Of a stretch of DNA of 64,000 bases, positions 1 through 11,714 are shown piece after piece. Source of the DNA: Cetorhinus maximus. Its lineage: Eukaryota. Below the pieces are notes generated by a model that was given only the letters and a program-made list of their open reading frames with translations, did not search any database and was not told the origin of the DNA. A program made the translations under genes and the position numbers. Numbering within the stretch: position 1 is the stretch's first letter; every line of letters starts with the position of its first letter. The DNA is taken from assembly GCF_964194155.1 (NCBI RefSeq), contig NC_135901.1, positions 33,790,001-33,854,000 on the forward strand. Direction: 5' to 3'.

Positions 1-185
1 CCCCTCTTTGCTCCTCTCCTTTAAGAGGGTCCTTAAAATCTGCCTCTTGACTCAGTCTTTGGTCACCTGTCCTAATATCTCCTTTTGTGTCTTGGTGTTG
101 AGATTTCTTTGATAATACCCCCGTGAAGCACCTTGGGTTGTTTGACTGTGTTAAAGGTGCTCTATAACATACAAGTTGTTATTGC
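1..185 (+). mobile_element. L2-type LINE/SINE 3' tail fragment
   Basis: ttttggtcacctgtcctaatatctcctt...aaaggtgctctataacatacaagttgtt. The same tail recurs at about 10190-10440, 18400-18560 and 53990-54130. Confidence 0.6.
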
Positions 186-380
186 TGCTGTTAATCACGT
201 TCTGGACTGAACCATCTTCATTCTGACATTTAGAGTTTGTTGCTGTTAATGTTAATAATCTCTATCTAACTGGGCTGGAGTTTAAAATACTGGATATAAT
301 GTCATAAATCAGTTTTGTTTCACACACGCTGAGATTAATTTTTGATTTCTCTTTGATAAGAGGAGACTGGTTGATGTCCT
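185..380 (+). pseudogene. Orphan ZNF 3' UTR remnant (no coding exon directly upstream)
   Basis: Matches the 3' UTR of intact genes (gctgttaatcac...ggactgaaccat...aactgggctggagttt) but is preceded directly by an L2 tail. Confidence 0.6.
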
Positions 381-390
381 GTTACTGATT

Positions 391-933
391 CAAAAATAAA
401 AATACCAGGAAAAACTCATCAGGTCTGACAGCATCTGCGGAGAGGAACACAGTTAACATTTCGAGTCCGTATGACTCTTCAACAGAACTAAGGATAAATA
501 GAAAAGAGGTGAAATATAAGCTGGTTGAGGGGGGTGGGACAAGTAGAGCTGGATAGAGGGCCAGTGATAGGTGGAGATAGCCAAAAGATGTCATAGACAA
601 AAGGACAAAGAGGTGTTGAAGGTGGTGATATTATCTAAGGAATGTGCTAATAGGTGACATTAAGGGTAGAAAGCAGGACGAGCAAAGTACAGATAGCCCT
701 AGTGGGGGTGGGGTGGGGGGAAGGGATCAAAATAGGCTTTAAGGTAGAGATAAAATGGATGGAAATATATTTAAAAATAATGGAAATAGGTGGGAAATGA
801 AAAATCTACATAAATTATTGGAAAAAAGGGGAATCGGAAAGGGGGTGGGGATGGAGGAGAGAGTTCATGATCTAAAATTGTTGAACTCAATATTCAGTCC
901 AGAAGGCTGTAAAGTGCCTAGTCGGTGCTTTTA
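391..933 (-). mobile_element. Penelope-like element (family 1), 5'-truncated
   Basis: Terminal sequence is shared with 37690-38463 and 46706-48415. Flanked by a 14-bp direct repeat tcctgttactgatt (377-390, 934-947). Degenerate hammerhead-like motif at about 450-490. Confidence 0.75.
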
Positions 934-1189
934 TCCTGTTACTGATTATTCGTTTGCTGTAATTTATTCCTTCCTTCCTCCTGACTATTTCAGTTCTCAA
1001 AGCTTGTTACAAGTCCCAGCTCCCCAAACCTGACACTGAATTTCCTTTCTCACTACACTGTGTTTCTTCCCTCTAATAATCCCTGCTGTTTGTCCTGAAT
1101 GTTGTAAATGATGAAGATGAACAACATCAACAGAACCTGGAGGTCTTGCACCCAGCATTCCTATCGGTGGAGAATCTCCCTGATCCACA

Positions 1190-1870
1190 CCGCAGGGGAT
1201 CAGTGCGCATGAGCAGGTCAGCGCGGCGGTTATGAGCATGCGCGGTTCATCGCAATATTCGGAGCATGCGCAGTATGGGTGGTGGAGATGGGCAGACGCT
1301 TGTTTGTTTCTCTCTGCAGCCGGTAAGTTCATTGGGCGTCGCAAAGGGAGCGATGGACGCAATGGGCGGGCTAAAAGGCTTCATATGCACCCAGCGTAGG
1401 CCCTGAACCCCGAATATCGAGCCGCCGGTCCCGTGTTTTTCCCGCCCGGGACCCCGTCTGCGGGTCTTCTCCGGATCAGAGACCCGGGTTCACGGCCGCC
1501 ATCTTTATAGGAGGCGGTGTGCGGCGGGGCGCATGCGCAAGCATCCATGCCAGAGGAGCCCATTAGCAAGAGGCTGGCTAAGACCCGCCCCCTCATTTAC
1601 TCTGATTGGTGGGAAGACCAGCGACCGTCTCAGTCCTCCAGCCCCGCCTCCTCGCCCTATTGGTCCGGATGGGGGACAATAAATAAGAGGCTACATTCTG
1701 GGCTCAAATCAATGAGGACTTTGATCTCTGGGAAAGCAAGAAACCCTGGGAGGGGGGGGGGCGGGGAGGATTCAGAAACACGTGATGGAGTCCCCCAAAC
1801 CCCCAATAAGAAGCTGCAGCTCGGGGGGCTTTTTGCTTTGTGTGCGGCCATCTTGTTGAAGCAACAGAAA
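1190..1870 (+). promoter_or_regulatory. GC-rich ZNF promoter, non-coding exon 1 and start of intron 1
   Basis: Repeated gagcatgcgc/gcgcatgcgc (NRF1-like), splice donor ccg|gtaagt at 1323, YY1-like ggccgccatcttt at 1494-1506, reverse CCAAT boxes at about 1604 and 1659. Homologous in inverted orientation to 46100-46520. Confidence 0.7.
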
Positions 1871-2059
1871 GTGGGCGGGGCCTCAGGGTGCCAGTGACCA
1901 GGGGAGAAAAAGATTCATCCATTGGCAGCTGCAGAGGTTATTTATGGAGGATGCAAACCTGGATTAATAATCCGCAGGGTAGAGGGGAGGGGGGAGGGGG
2001 ACAATAAATCAGAGATAGAGTTTGATGTGGAATCAATATAAATCAGGAGGTCAGGGTTA

Positions 2060-2600
2060 CAGTCAGAAACAACAGCTTCTATTTATACAGCACCTTTAAC
2101 ATCACAAATCATCTCGGTGAACTTCACAGGAAAATTATAAAACGGAGTCTGACACCCAGACACATAAAGGAGATAAGTTGACCAAAAGCTTGGGCAAAGA
2201 GGAAGGTTTTATGGAATGTCTTCAAAGAAGAAATTGATGTAAAGAGATAGAGAGGTGTAGGGAGGGAATTCCAGAGCTTAGGGCTGAGGGAACTGAAGGC
2301 ATGGTCACCAATGGTGGAGCAATTATCATTGGGAACGGAGAAGAGGCCAGGATTAAAGCAGCCCAGATATCTCGGAAGGTTGTGGAGCTGGAGGAGATTG
2401 CTGAGATGGTGAGGGATGAGGGCATGGAGGGATTTGAAAATAATCATGATTTAAAAGTTAAAAATCAAGATGTTGATTGACCAGGAACCAATGCACATCA
2501 GGGAGCACAAGGGTGATAGGGGAATGGGAGTTGCCGTGAGTTAAGAAATGGATAGCAGAATTTGGGATGTCTGCAAGCTTACGGAGGGTAGACTGTGGGA
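2060..2600 (-). mobile_element. L2 LINE 3' fragment in intron 1
   Basis: ORF 2124-2447 resembles the L2 ORF2 C-terminus (IFKSLH...AFSSLSPKLWNSLP...LKTFHKTFLFAQAF), followed by the L2 tail. Confidence 0.7.
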
Positions 2601-3143
2601 GATAACATATTGTTATCTCTAGCACAAATTTGTTAAAAAGATACAGAAAGAATTATCCAGCACTTTATTTGGATTTCAGCACAGGGAGGAGGGAGAGTGC
2701 ATGGGACAGGGATTTGCAACTTCGGGGAACAAGAGAGGAAAAAATGTTCTATAGAAACTTGAATTGTTCGTTCTGAATTTCTATCCTGTATTTAGAGTGA
2801 TGACTCTCGTAAATTTCTTTTACAGTGTATTTGAAGCCCCTTTTACAGACAAAATACTGAAACTAAATATTCAATCAAGAACTGACAGAGTCTTTGTATT
2901 CAGGACCTGAACACTATCGTCTTTAAATGTGGAAGGAGAAATGTTTGTCTGTTCTGTCTGTGGGAAAAGGTTTCAAACATCTGTGTGACTGGAAAAGCAC
3001 CAAGTGAGAGTGATCTAGTGCACTGATTGAGGAAAGAGCATTAACCAGTTACACAGCCTGAAAAAACAAATCACACCATTCACAGCGGGGAGAAACTGTA
3101 CATGTGTTTTGTGTGAGGACAAGGCTTCAACTGATTATCCAAC

Positions 3144-4181
3144 ATGGACAGACACAAGGACACTCAGACAATGGAGAAACCATGGAAATGTGAAGACTGT
3201 GGGAAAGGATTCAATTACCCGTCCCAGCTGAAAAATCATCAATGCAGTCACAGCGGGAAGAGGCCGTTCACCTGCTCCGAGTGTGGAAAGGGATTCACAC
3301 AATCATACCAGCTGCTGACACATCAGCGGGTTCACACTGGGGAGAGGCCATTCACCTGCCCTGTATGTGGGAAAGGATTTACTAGGTCTTCTGATGTGCT
3401 AAAGCACCAGCGAATTCACATAGGGACGAGGCCATTCACCTGCTCTGAGTGTGGGAAGGGATTCACTCAGTCATCGAACCTACTGAGACACCAGCGAGTT
3501 CACACTGGAGAGAAACCGTTCCTCTGCTCCGAGTGTGGGAAATCATTCACTCAGCTATCCAACCTGCTAAGTCACCAGCGAATTCACACTGGGGAGAGGC
3601 CGTTCACCTGCCCTGTATGTGCGAAAAGATTCACTAGATCCTCGGATCTGCTGAAGCACCAGCGAATTCACACTGAGGAGAGGCCGTTCAGCTGTACTTC
3701 CTGTGGAAAGAGATTCAGGTCTTCATCTAACCTTACTGTACACCAGCGAGTTCACACAGGGGAGACACCGTTCATCTGCTCCGAGTGTGGGAAGGGATTC
3801 ACTCAGTTACCCACCCTACTACGTCACCAGCGGGTTCACACTGGGGAGAGACCGTTCACCTGCTCCGAGTGTGGGAAAGGATTCACTCAGCTCTCCCACC
3901 TGCTAACACACCAGCGACTTCACACAGGAGAGAGACCATTCACCTGTCCTGTATGTAGGAAAGGATTCAGTGGGTCCTCTAACCTGTTGAAGCACCAGCG
4001 AATTCACACTGAGGAGAGGCCATTCAGCTGTACTTCCTGTGGAAAGAGATTTAGGTCTTCATTCCACCTCAAAGTACACCAGCGAGTTCACACTGGGGAG
4101 AGGCCATTCACCTGCTCCGAGTGTGGGAAGGGATTCGCTCAGTTATCCACCCTGCTGACACACCAGCAAGTTCACAAGTGA
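3144..4181 (+). CDS. Tandem C2H2 zinc-finger protein, class B, 12 fingers
   Basis: Twelve CxxC-x12-HxxxH repeats with TGERPF-type linkers. Splice acceptor tttacag ends at 2825. The paralog-conserved start MEKPW is at 3171. Confidence 0.92.
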   Translation: MDRHKDTQTMEKPWKCEDCGKGFNYPSQLKNHQCSHSGKRPFTCSECGKGFTQSYQLLTHQRVHTGERPFTCPVCGKGFTRSSDVLKHQRIHIGTRPFTCSECGKGFTQSSNLLRHQRVHTGEKPFLCSECGKSFTQLSNLLSHQRIHTGERPFTCPVCAKRFTRSSDLLKHQRIHTEERPFSCTSCGKRFRSSSNLTVHQRVHTGETPFICSECGKGFTQLPTLLRHQRVHTGERPFTCSECGKGFTQLSHLLTHQRLHTGERPFTCPVCRKGFSGSSNLLKHQRIHTEERPFSCTSCGKRFRSSFHLKVHQRVHTGERPFTCSECGKGFAQLSTLLTHQQVHK

Positions 4182-4594
4182 CTGCAGGGGCTGGATTCTG
4201 CTGTTATTGCGGCTGTTGATCACATCCAGGACTGAACCATGTTCATTCTGACAGTTGGGGTTTGTTTCTGCTGATGTTAATAATCCCTCTAACTGGGCTG
4301 GAGTTTAATATCCTGGATCTATAGCTGATTGTGTTCTCGGGGCTGCAGTGTCGCTTTAAGAACAGCCGTCTCTGATCTTTCCCCATAACTCAGGAACTTA
4401 AATCAGAAATTAATTTACAACACAATTCTGAACTTTGACTTCAATCCCAAATTGATCTCTGGGACAAACTCTACAAATTCAGTGTCAGAGAGATTTCCCT
4501 GATTAACATCTCCAGTTAGAAAGTGCTGATTAATCCTTGCTGACAATTCTTACTGACTTGCACATTACTCACACTGACACCTCCATTATCCACC

Positions 4595-5271
4595 AGAAAG
4601 AAGGGGAATGGGAATTGCTGGAGAATCGAGAGTTCCCAAATGTTACCCCTCCCGCGTGGTACAGAAATTCCCTCGGCTCAGGAATGGAGACAAGTTCAGT
4701 CCAATAACAGACTACGAAATCTCTCTCTAATAACCTTATAAAATCTTCAGAAATTTATGTAATATGATGGAAAAAAAGCTCACCCTCTCTCTCTCTTATG
4801 GAGAAAGCTTCCATAGCAGCTGACGAACACAGGAAAGGCCTGTTATCTCTGCCAAGGACATGTCTCTAGCACAGGCCCTGAAACAAGACATTTCTAACCC
4901 TGATACGATTGGATCTCATGACCCATATGTAAACCAACTGTCTGTGTAAAGGTTAAACAGGCTCCCGAGAGCACAGAGATATTGAAGTGATCCACACTGG
5001 CTTCAGCCCAACACCCACACTCTGGCTCACACCAGTTAACCGTTCAGAGGAGACTGAGCTATGGAGACTAGCACTTGCTCTGTGTCATCCGTCCGTTTGT
5101 CCTCCGGGACCGATAAATTGTTCTCACCTGTCACGGGTCGTGTGTTCTCCTGTCTATTTAGCTTACGCATCATATTTAACCTGTGGCTTCTCAATAAACT
5201 ACTTTAAAATCACTTCTGAGCTTAACCCCTTTTTTTGGGTAATCTGTGACTCCCGAACCTAAATCTTACCA
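4595..5271 (+). mobile_element. LTR with upstream polypurine tract (ERV/LTR-retroelement 3' end)
   Basis: agaaagaaggggaa followed by TG at 4609, ends ...ttacCA at 5271, AATAAA at 5193. Absent from the homologous flank of the gene at 44631. Second copy at 32037-32717. Confidence 0.6.
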
Positions 5272-5274
5272 GCA

Positions 5275-5980
5275 GTTCTGGTCGCCATATTATAGAAAAA
5301 GATATCGATTCACTGAATAGGGCCCAGAGCAGATTTATAATGAAGATACCAGAAATGGGCGGGTAAACATATCAGGAAAGGATTGACAGACTTGGTCTCT
5401 TTTCTCTTGAGAAAATAAAGCTGAGTTCTTTAAAATGATGAACGGTTTTGATAGAGTGGATACAGAGAGAAGGTTTCCTCTTGTGGGGAAGAGCATAATT
5501 AGAGGCCGTCAATATAAATAGTCACCAAGAAATCCAATAGGGAATTCAGAAGAAATCTTTTAACCCAACGAGTGGTGAGAAAGTGGAACTTGCTACCACT
5601 GGGAGTGATTAAAGTGAATTGTATGACTTTCGTTTAGTTGAAAAAGGCGCAATGCGTAGATGTGATTTTTTTTGCAAAGGATGGGGCTGTGTATGTGACT
5701 ATATGTAGCTTCTAGCACGTGTAAGTGAGCCACAATCGTAATTTGGTTGTTCGTGTAATTCTTAGCACAGTCAGGATTGTTTAGCAAGTGTTGTCCAATC
5801 ATGGAATCACATCTAATATTATTTAAGGGGAAGCTAGACAAGCACAAGAGGGAGAAGGGAATAGATAGTTACCATGTTAGATTGAGATAAGGAAAGATGG
5901 GAAGAGACTCTCGTGCAGCATAAACACCAGCATTGACTTGTTGGGCCTTTTGGCCTGTTTCTGTGTCATGTATCCAATGT
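5275..5980 (+). mobile_element. CR1 LINE 3' fragment
   Basis: Degenerate version of the CR1 ORF2 C-terminus seen intact at 17458-18400, ending in the gggcc...tggcctgtttctgtg tail. Confidence 0.65.
5627..5815 (-). mobile_element. Penelope-like element (family 2) GIY-YIG C-terminal fragment nested in CR1
   Basis: Translation DSMIGQHLLNNPDCAKNY...LHVLEATY...PILCK resembles the PLE endonuclease C-terminus. Copies at about 31770-31950 and 35090-35200. Confidence 0.55.
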
Positions 5981-6089
5981 AATTACACTCCTGAAGGGTC
6001 TGGTTCTAACTTTTAGACTATAACATGTATTCGTAGACAACCTAACCAGCAGAAACAATGTAAATTTACCCTCTGTTCCCCTTAATGTG

Positions 6090-6300
6090 TTCGATTCTGC
6101 TGTTACTGTCACTGTTAATCACATCAGGAACTGAACCATGCTCATTCTGACAGTTGTTTTATTTCTACTGATGTTAATAATCCCTGTAACTGGTCTGGAG
6201 TTTAATATCTTAATATCTCTTAAATAAATCAGCTTTGTTTCAAACGCACAGTGTGTTGAGTCATTGATTTCTCCAGGATAAGAGGATGTCCTGTTACCGA
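6090..6300 (+). pseudogene. Orphan ZNF 3' UTR remnant
   Basis: Full ZNF-type 3' UTR with AATAAA and no upstream fingers. Mirrored at about 31300-31500. Confidence 0.6.
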
Positions 6301-7119
6301 CTGTTCCATTTTTATATCTTTTCTTCTCTCTTAACTCTTGATTCTTTCAGTTCTCATACCTCTGGTTACTCTCATGGACAAGTCCCAGCTCCCCACACCT
6401 CCCAGAGAGCCTCTCTTCACCTTGGGATCCAGGGAAGTTATCGATATTAAAAACTGAAAATGCAGGAAATGATAATCCATACTTTTCCAAGTGCTTATTG
6501 TCCCAGATTATTGTCTCCAACCTTTCCCCAACACTGATGTGAAGCTGATTGCCCTGGAGTTGCTGTGTTTTTGAGCAGGGGTGTAACATTTACAATCTGT
6601 CAGTCCTTTGACACCACTACGATATAAGGAGGATTGGAAGATTGTGACCAGAGTCTCCACAAGTTCCATGTGAAGGATGCTGTCTCTGACAGTGCAGCAG
6701 TCCCTCAATGTCACCCTGGAGTGTCAGCCTAGATAATGTGCTCAGGTTTATTAATATTTCCTCTTGTTATTGATGTGGGTCATTAAGAAACAATGGACTC
6801 TTATGATGCCATCCAGTCCCAGTGCGATGATGTCATCATGACTATTAAATAACAGCGGAGCCTTAGTGGTGAAAACAGTTTTGTTCGAGATGGCGACAAG
6901 TCCATTACTGATAGATCAGCAAATGAAATTAATGGGAAAGAAAATGTTGCAGACATGAACATCAGGAATAGTGTTGTGAATTATGAAGATGAGCAACATC
7001 TACAGTATACAGGTCCCATCTCCAAACGCACCGAGCACATCTCCCAACACTCTTCCCCCACCTCCTGACTTGCTTCCCCATCTCTCGACCCACTGCCCCC
7101 ATCCCCCGACACGCTGCTC

Positions 7120-8467
7120 CATAGAAAAGTTACAGCACAGGAGGTATTCAGCCCATCTTGTCCATGCCAGCCCAAGGACACCCAGGTGCCCTTTCTAATC
7201 CCACCTTCCTGCATCCGGCCCATAGCCCTGCAGCTTACAGCACTTAAGGTGCAGATCCAGGTACTTCTTAAAAGAGTTTAGAGTTTCTACCTCTACCACC
7301 AACTTGGGCAGCAAATTCCAGACACCCACTACCCTCTGTGTAAAAAAGTTCTTCCTCATGTCCCCCCTACACCTTCTGCCACTTATCTTGAATCTATGGC
7401 CCCTGGTTCTAGAATTCTTCACCAAGGGAAACAATTTTATCCTGTCCACTCTATCTATTCTCCTCATAATTTTGTACACCTCAATCAAGTCACCTCTCAG
7501 CCTTCTTTGTTCTAAGGAAAATAACCCCAACCTATCCAATCTCTCCTTGTAGCTACACTTTTCTAACCCTGGCAACATTCTTGTAAATCTCCTCTGCACT
7601 CTCTCCAGAGCTATTACGTTCTTCCTGTAATGTGGTGACCAGAACTGCACACAATGTGTGGCCTCACAGTTGTGGCCTCACCAGTGTTTTATAAAATTCC
7701 AACATTATATCCTTACTTTTATATTCTATACCTCTGCCAATGAAGGAGAGCATTCCATATGCCTTTTTTACAACCTTGTCTACTTGAACTGCTGCCTTCA
7801 GGAACCTGTGTACTTGTACGCCAAGATCTCTCACTTCATCTACCCCTCTTAGTATATTCCCATTTATTGTGTAATCCCAATTGTGTAACTGTTTGACTTC
7901 CCTAAATGTATGACCTCACACTTCTCTATGTTAAAATCCATCTGCCACTTTACTGTCCACTCCATCAACCCATCTATATCGTTTTGGAGATTATGGCTAT
8001 CCACTACTCGGCCAATCTTTGTGTCATCTGCAAATTTCCCAATCGTGCCCCCCACGTTCACGTCCAAATCGTTAATATATAACACAAACAGCAAGGGTCC
8101 CAACACCAAGCCCTGTGAAACACCACTTGAGACAACTTTCCATTTGCAAGGGCATCCATCGACCATTACCCTTTGTTTCCTGTTACAAAGCCAACATTTT
8201 ATCCAGTTTACCACATTGCCCTGAATCCCATGGGCTTTTACTTTCCTGACCAATCTGCCATGTGGGACCTTGTCAAATGCCTTCTTGTCACTTCCTCAAA
8301 GAATTCAATCAAATTTGTGAGGCAATACCTTCCTTTAACAAATCCATGCTGACCATCCCTGACTAGTCCATGCCTTTCTACATGACAGTTAATCCTATCT
8401 CTCAGGATTGATTCTACTAATTTGCTCACCACCGATGTAAGACTAACCGGCCTATAATTGTTTGGCA
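7120..8467 (-). mobile_element. CR1 LINE, 5'-truncated, RT region and 3' end
   Basis: ORFs NYRPVSLTSVV, QGLVLGPLLFVLYINDL...KFADDTK and QFWSPHYRK...RRLRGDLIEVYK. 3' tail ctgtgctgtaacttttctat. Confidence 0.9.
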
Positions 8468-9458
8468 TTTCCCGACATGCTGCCCCCAACTCTCGACACG
8501 CTGCCCCCATCTCCCCACACTCTGCCCCCAACTCCCAACACGCTGCCCCCATCTCCCCGACACTCTGCCCCCATCTCCCGACACTCTGCCCCCATCTCCC
8601 GACACTCTGCCCCCATCTCCCGACACTCTGCCCCCATCTCCCCACACTCTGCCCCCATCTCCCGACACTCTGCCCCCATCTCCCGACACACTGCCCCCAT
8701 CTCCTGACACGCTGCCCCCATCTCCCGACACTCTGCCCCCATCACCCTACACGCTGCCCCATCTCCTGACAGGTTGCCCCCATCTCCCGACACTCTGCCC
8801 CCATCTCCCCACACTCTGCCCCCAACTCCTGACACGCTGCCCCCATCTCCCCACACGCTGCCCCCATCTCCCCGACACTCTGCCCCCATCTCCCGACACT
8901 CTGCCCCCATCTCCCGACACTCTGCTCCCATCTCCCGACACTCTGCCCCCATCTCCCCACACTCTGCCCCCAACTCCCGACACGCTGCCCCCATCTCCCC
9001 ACACGCTGCCCCCATCTCCCCGACACTCTGCCCCCATCTCCCCGACACTCTGCCCCCATCTCCCGACACTCTGCCCCCATCTCCCGACACTCTGCTCCCA
9101 TCTCCCGACACTCTGCCCCCATCTCCCCACACTCTGCCCCCATCTCCCCACACTCTGCCCCCATCTCCCGACACACTGCCCCCATCTCCCGACACTCTGC
9201 CCCCATCTCCCGACACTCTGCCCCCATCTCCCTACACGCTGCCCCATCTCCTGACAGGCTGCCCCCATCTCCCGACACTCTGCCCCCATCTCCCCACACT
9301 CTGCCCCCATCTCCCGACACTCTTCCCCCATCTCCCCACACTCTGCCCCCATCTCCCCACACTCTGCCCCCATCTCCCGACACTCTGCCCCCATGCTCCC
9401 CACATTCTGTGCCATCTCCCGACACACTGCCCCCATCTCCCGACACTGCCCCCATCTC
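8468..9458. repeat. 21-bp minisatellite (ctgcccccatctcccgacact), about 47 units
   Basis: Direct tandem repeat visible in the sequence. Degenerate units also occur at 7015-7120 on the other side of the CR1. Confidence 0.95.
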
Positions 9459-10189
9459 CCGAGCAGCCTGTCACTACCTCTGCTGAACCCACACAGGATG
9501 CACCATGTTGAAGCCAGAGGAAAGAACTGGGAGAGAAATTGTAATTCACCAAGGGTGTGCACATGGGGGTTTAACAAAATATTAAGTTTCCTGTTTTTGA
9601 CAATGAAACATAAAACGTATTGATCGAAACCACTTCCAGCTCTTGTCCATTCTGACATCCCGTGGGCCAGCTCACCCTCTCACTGGGTTCATGCTGAATG
9701 TCAATCCAGGCTGGGAGCCATTGGGTGGATGTGCAATGGGTGGGTTAGTGGGTGAAGGAATGTTCAGTTCACAGGGAGGGGGATGGGGGAGGGGGGTTGG
9801 TGCTGGTGGTGGGAAGTGTTCATTCTGAAGGAGTCCCAACTGAAACTAACTTATCACTTTCCAATGCTGTGTATTTCCCCAGGTTTGTGCTGGTCAAATT
9901 TTCAGTATTTATATATTTTTTATCTTTGCTCAAACATATTCTTGTTCTGACACTGAAATCCAGAGGATTTTAACACTGTTAAAGTCAATCCCCATCGAAT
10001 ACACAGGAGGACTCAACTGGTCCTAACTTTTTATGGTATCAATAAACAAAGATCCTACAAGATGTTTATTTGGGGAATTGTTTTTCTCTGAGACCCGGGA
10101 TGGTCAAACTATGGCCCCAAAGTTCAGGTTTGGGCCTTGAGCCTAGGCTGTGGGGCCCACATACAAGGAGCACCATTACCGGATGTCCT

Positions 10190-10440
10190 TCATCCCCGAA
10201 TTTAATCATTCCACCATTGGTGGCCGGGCCTTCAGCTGCCTGGACCCTAAGCTCTGGAATTTCCACCCTAAACCTCTCCACCTTTCTACTTCACTTTCCT
10301 CCTTTAAGACACTCCTTATAACCGACCTCTTTGAACAAGCTTTTGGTCATCTGGCCTAATATGTCCTTATGCTCCTGTGAAACTCATTGGGATGTTTTAT
10401 GATGTTAAAAGTGCGATATAAATATAAGTTGTTGCAGTTG
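10190..10440 (+). mobile_element. L2-type 3' fragment
   Basis: STIGGRAFSCLDPKLWN...FKTLL...LFEQAFGHL followed by the tail aaatataagttgttg. Confidence 0.65.
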
Positions 10441-10839
10441 TAGTAGTTCTGTCAGACCTGATCATTCACTGAGCGAGTGAGTCTTGGTAAATGTAACTCA
10501 GATAGACACAGCTTGTGTCATAGTTCAGTGAGACCTGATCACTTACTGAGTGAGTCTGCATCCATGTAACTCAGATAGATGCAGCCTGTTAGAACACTCC
10601 TGGGAAGAAGGAAGTTCTCGGATTTTTGTTCTCCCCAAATGGGAAAAGCTGATTCTTTCCAAACATTCAAAATTAATAATAAAGTTATTCAAGATGATTT
10701 GTTGTAGTGAGCTGAATTATTTGGTAGAATTAGAGTGAAGGAGTGGGATTGACCCACATCCTGAGTCACCACTTTAAGGATAGGGAGAGAGAGAATCTGG
10801 AGAGGAGAAAATAATTAGTAGGAGACCAGGCACTGAATC

Positions 10840-11192
10840 TGGAACAATGAGCAGAGAGGGGGAGGAGTGTGTGGGACGGAGATTTATAGATTTGGGGGAA
10901 TGAAAGGAGAAAGAATATTCCATAGAAACTAGAATTGTCTGCTCTGAATTTCTATCTGTACTGACAGTGATGACTTTTGTCAACTGTGTTTACAGGGGAT
11001 TAGAGGGAGAGGATTTTCAGATGGGGAAACTCAAACCAAAAATCTCGACAAGATCTTATAGAATCACTGAATTCATATAAAGATCAGCCTCTGATTATGG
11101 AAGCAGAAATGGATTATGGAAGCATTCTGTCTGTGGGGAAAGATTTAAACATCAGTGTGGCTGGAAAATCACCGGGGACACACACACCCGAG
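10840..11192 (+). pseudogene. Truncated class B ZNF (intron end and head of the coding exon only)
   Basis: Matches 2680-3005, including the acceptor tttacag and the first vestigial finger. It is cut by an L2 fragment. Confidence 0.65.
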
Positions 11193-11194
11193 TT

Positions 11195-11712
11195 GGAAAC
11201 TCATCTCTGGGTCAAATATGGCATCAAGCATGCAAAATGTCTGGTTTAGATTCAGAGTTGCCAGGGAGAGGAATGGAGTTGGTAGCTAGGGAATGTAAAT
11301 AATGGCTTCAGTCTTCCCAATATTTAATTGGAGGAAATTTCTGCACATCCACCACTGGGTGTCAGACAAACAGTCTGATAATTAAACGAAAGTGGAGAAG
11401 TGGAAAGAAGTGGTGGTGAGGTAGAGCTGGGCACTGTCAGTGTACATGTGATAACTGACACTGTGTTTTCAGATGATGTCGCTGTGGGGAGCATGCTGAT
11501 GAGAAATAAGAGGCCAAGGCTGGATCCTTTGGGGACACCAGAGGTAACTGTGGGAGTGGGAAGGGAAGACATTCCAAGTGATTCTCTGGCTATGATTAGA
11601 TAGAGAAGAATGGAACCAGGAGAGAGCAGCCCCACCCAGCTGGACGACAGTGGAGAGGTGTTGGAGCAGAATGGTGTGGTCAACCCTGTCAAAGGCTGCA
11701 GACAGGTCAAAG
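11195..11712 (-). mobile_element. L2 LINE RT fragment
   Basis: Frameshifted motifs DLSAAFDRVDHTILLQHL and GVPKGSSLGLLFLISMLP. Confidence 0.75.
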
Positions 11713-11714
11713 CT

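Noticed and set aside
1190-2825. KRAB, SCAN or BTB coding exon upstream of the finger exon
   Set aside because: No such motif in any ORF, and the sequence after each acceptor has stops in the finger frame.
2980-3140. Conserved in-frame TGA as selenocysteine or readthrough
   Set aside because: The TGA is at an Arg-type helix position (CGA>TGA is the simple explanation). The leaders also contain frameshifts and other stops, and I could not see a SECIS-like structure in the 3' UTR.
3449-3906. Overlapping alternative-frame ORFs inside ZNF genes (MWEGIHS..., GRDS...)
   Set aside because: A by-product of the 84-bp repeat codon structure, with variable starts and stops among paralogs.
8468-9458. 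CRISPR-like array
   Set aside because: Head-to-tail repeats without unique spacers, no cas genes, vertebrate context.
8238-9658. Long ORFs in several frames (for example 303 aa, 254 aa, 245 aa)
   Set aside because: They are translations of a stop-free 21-bp minisatellite and are open in most frames on both strands.
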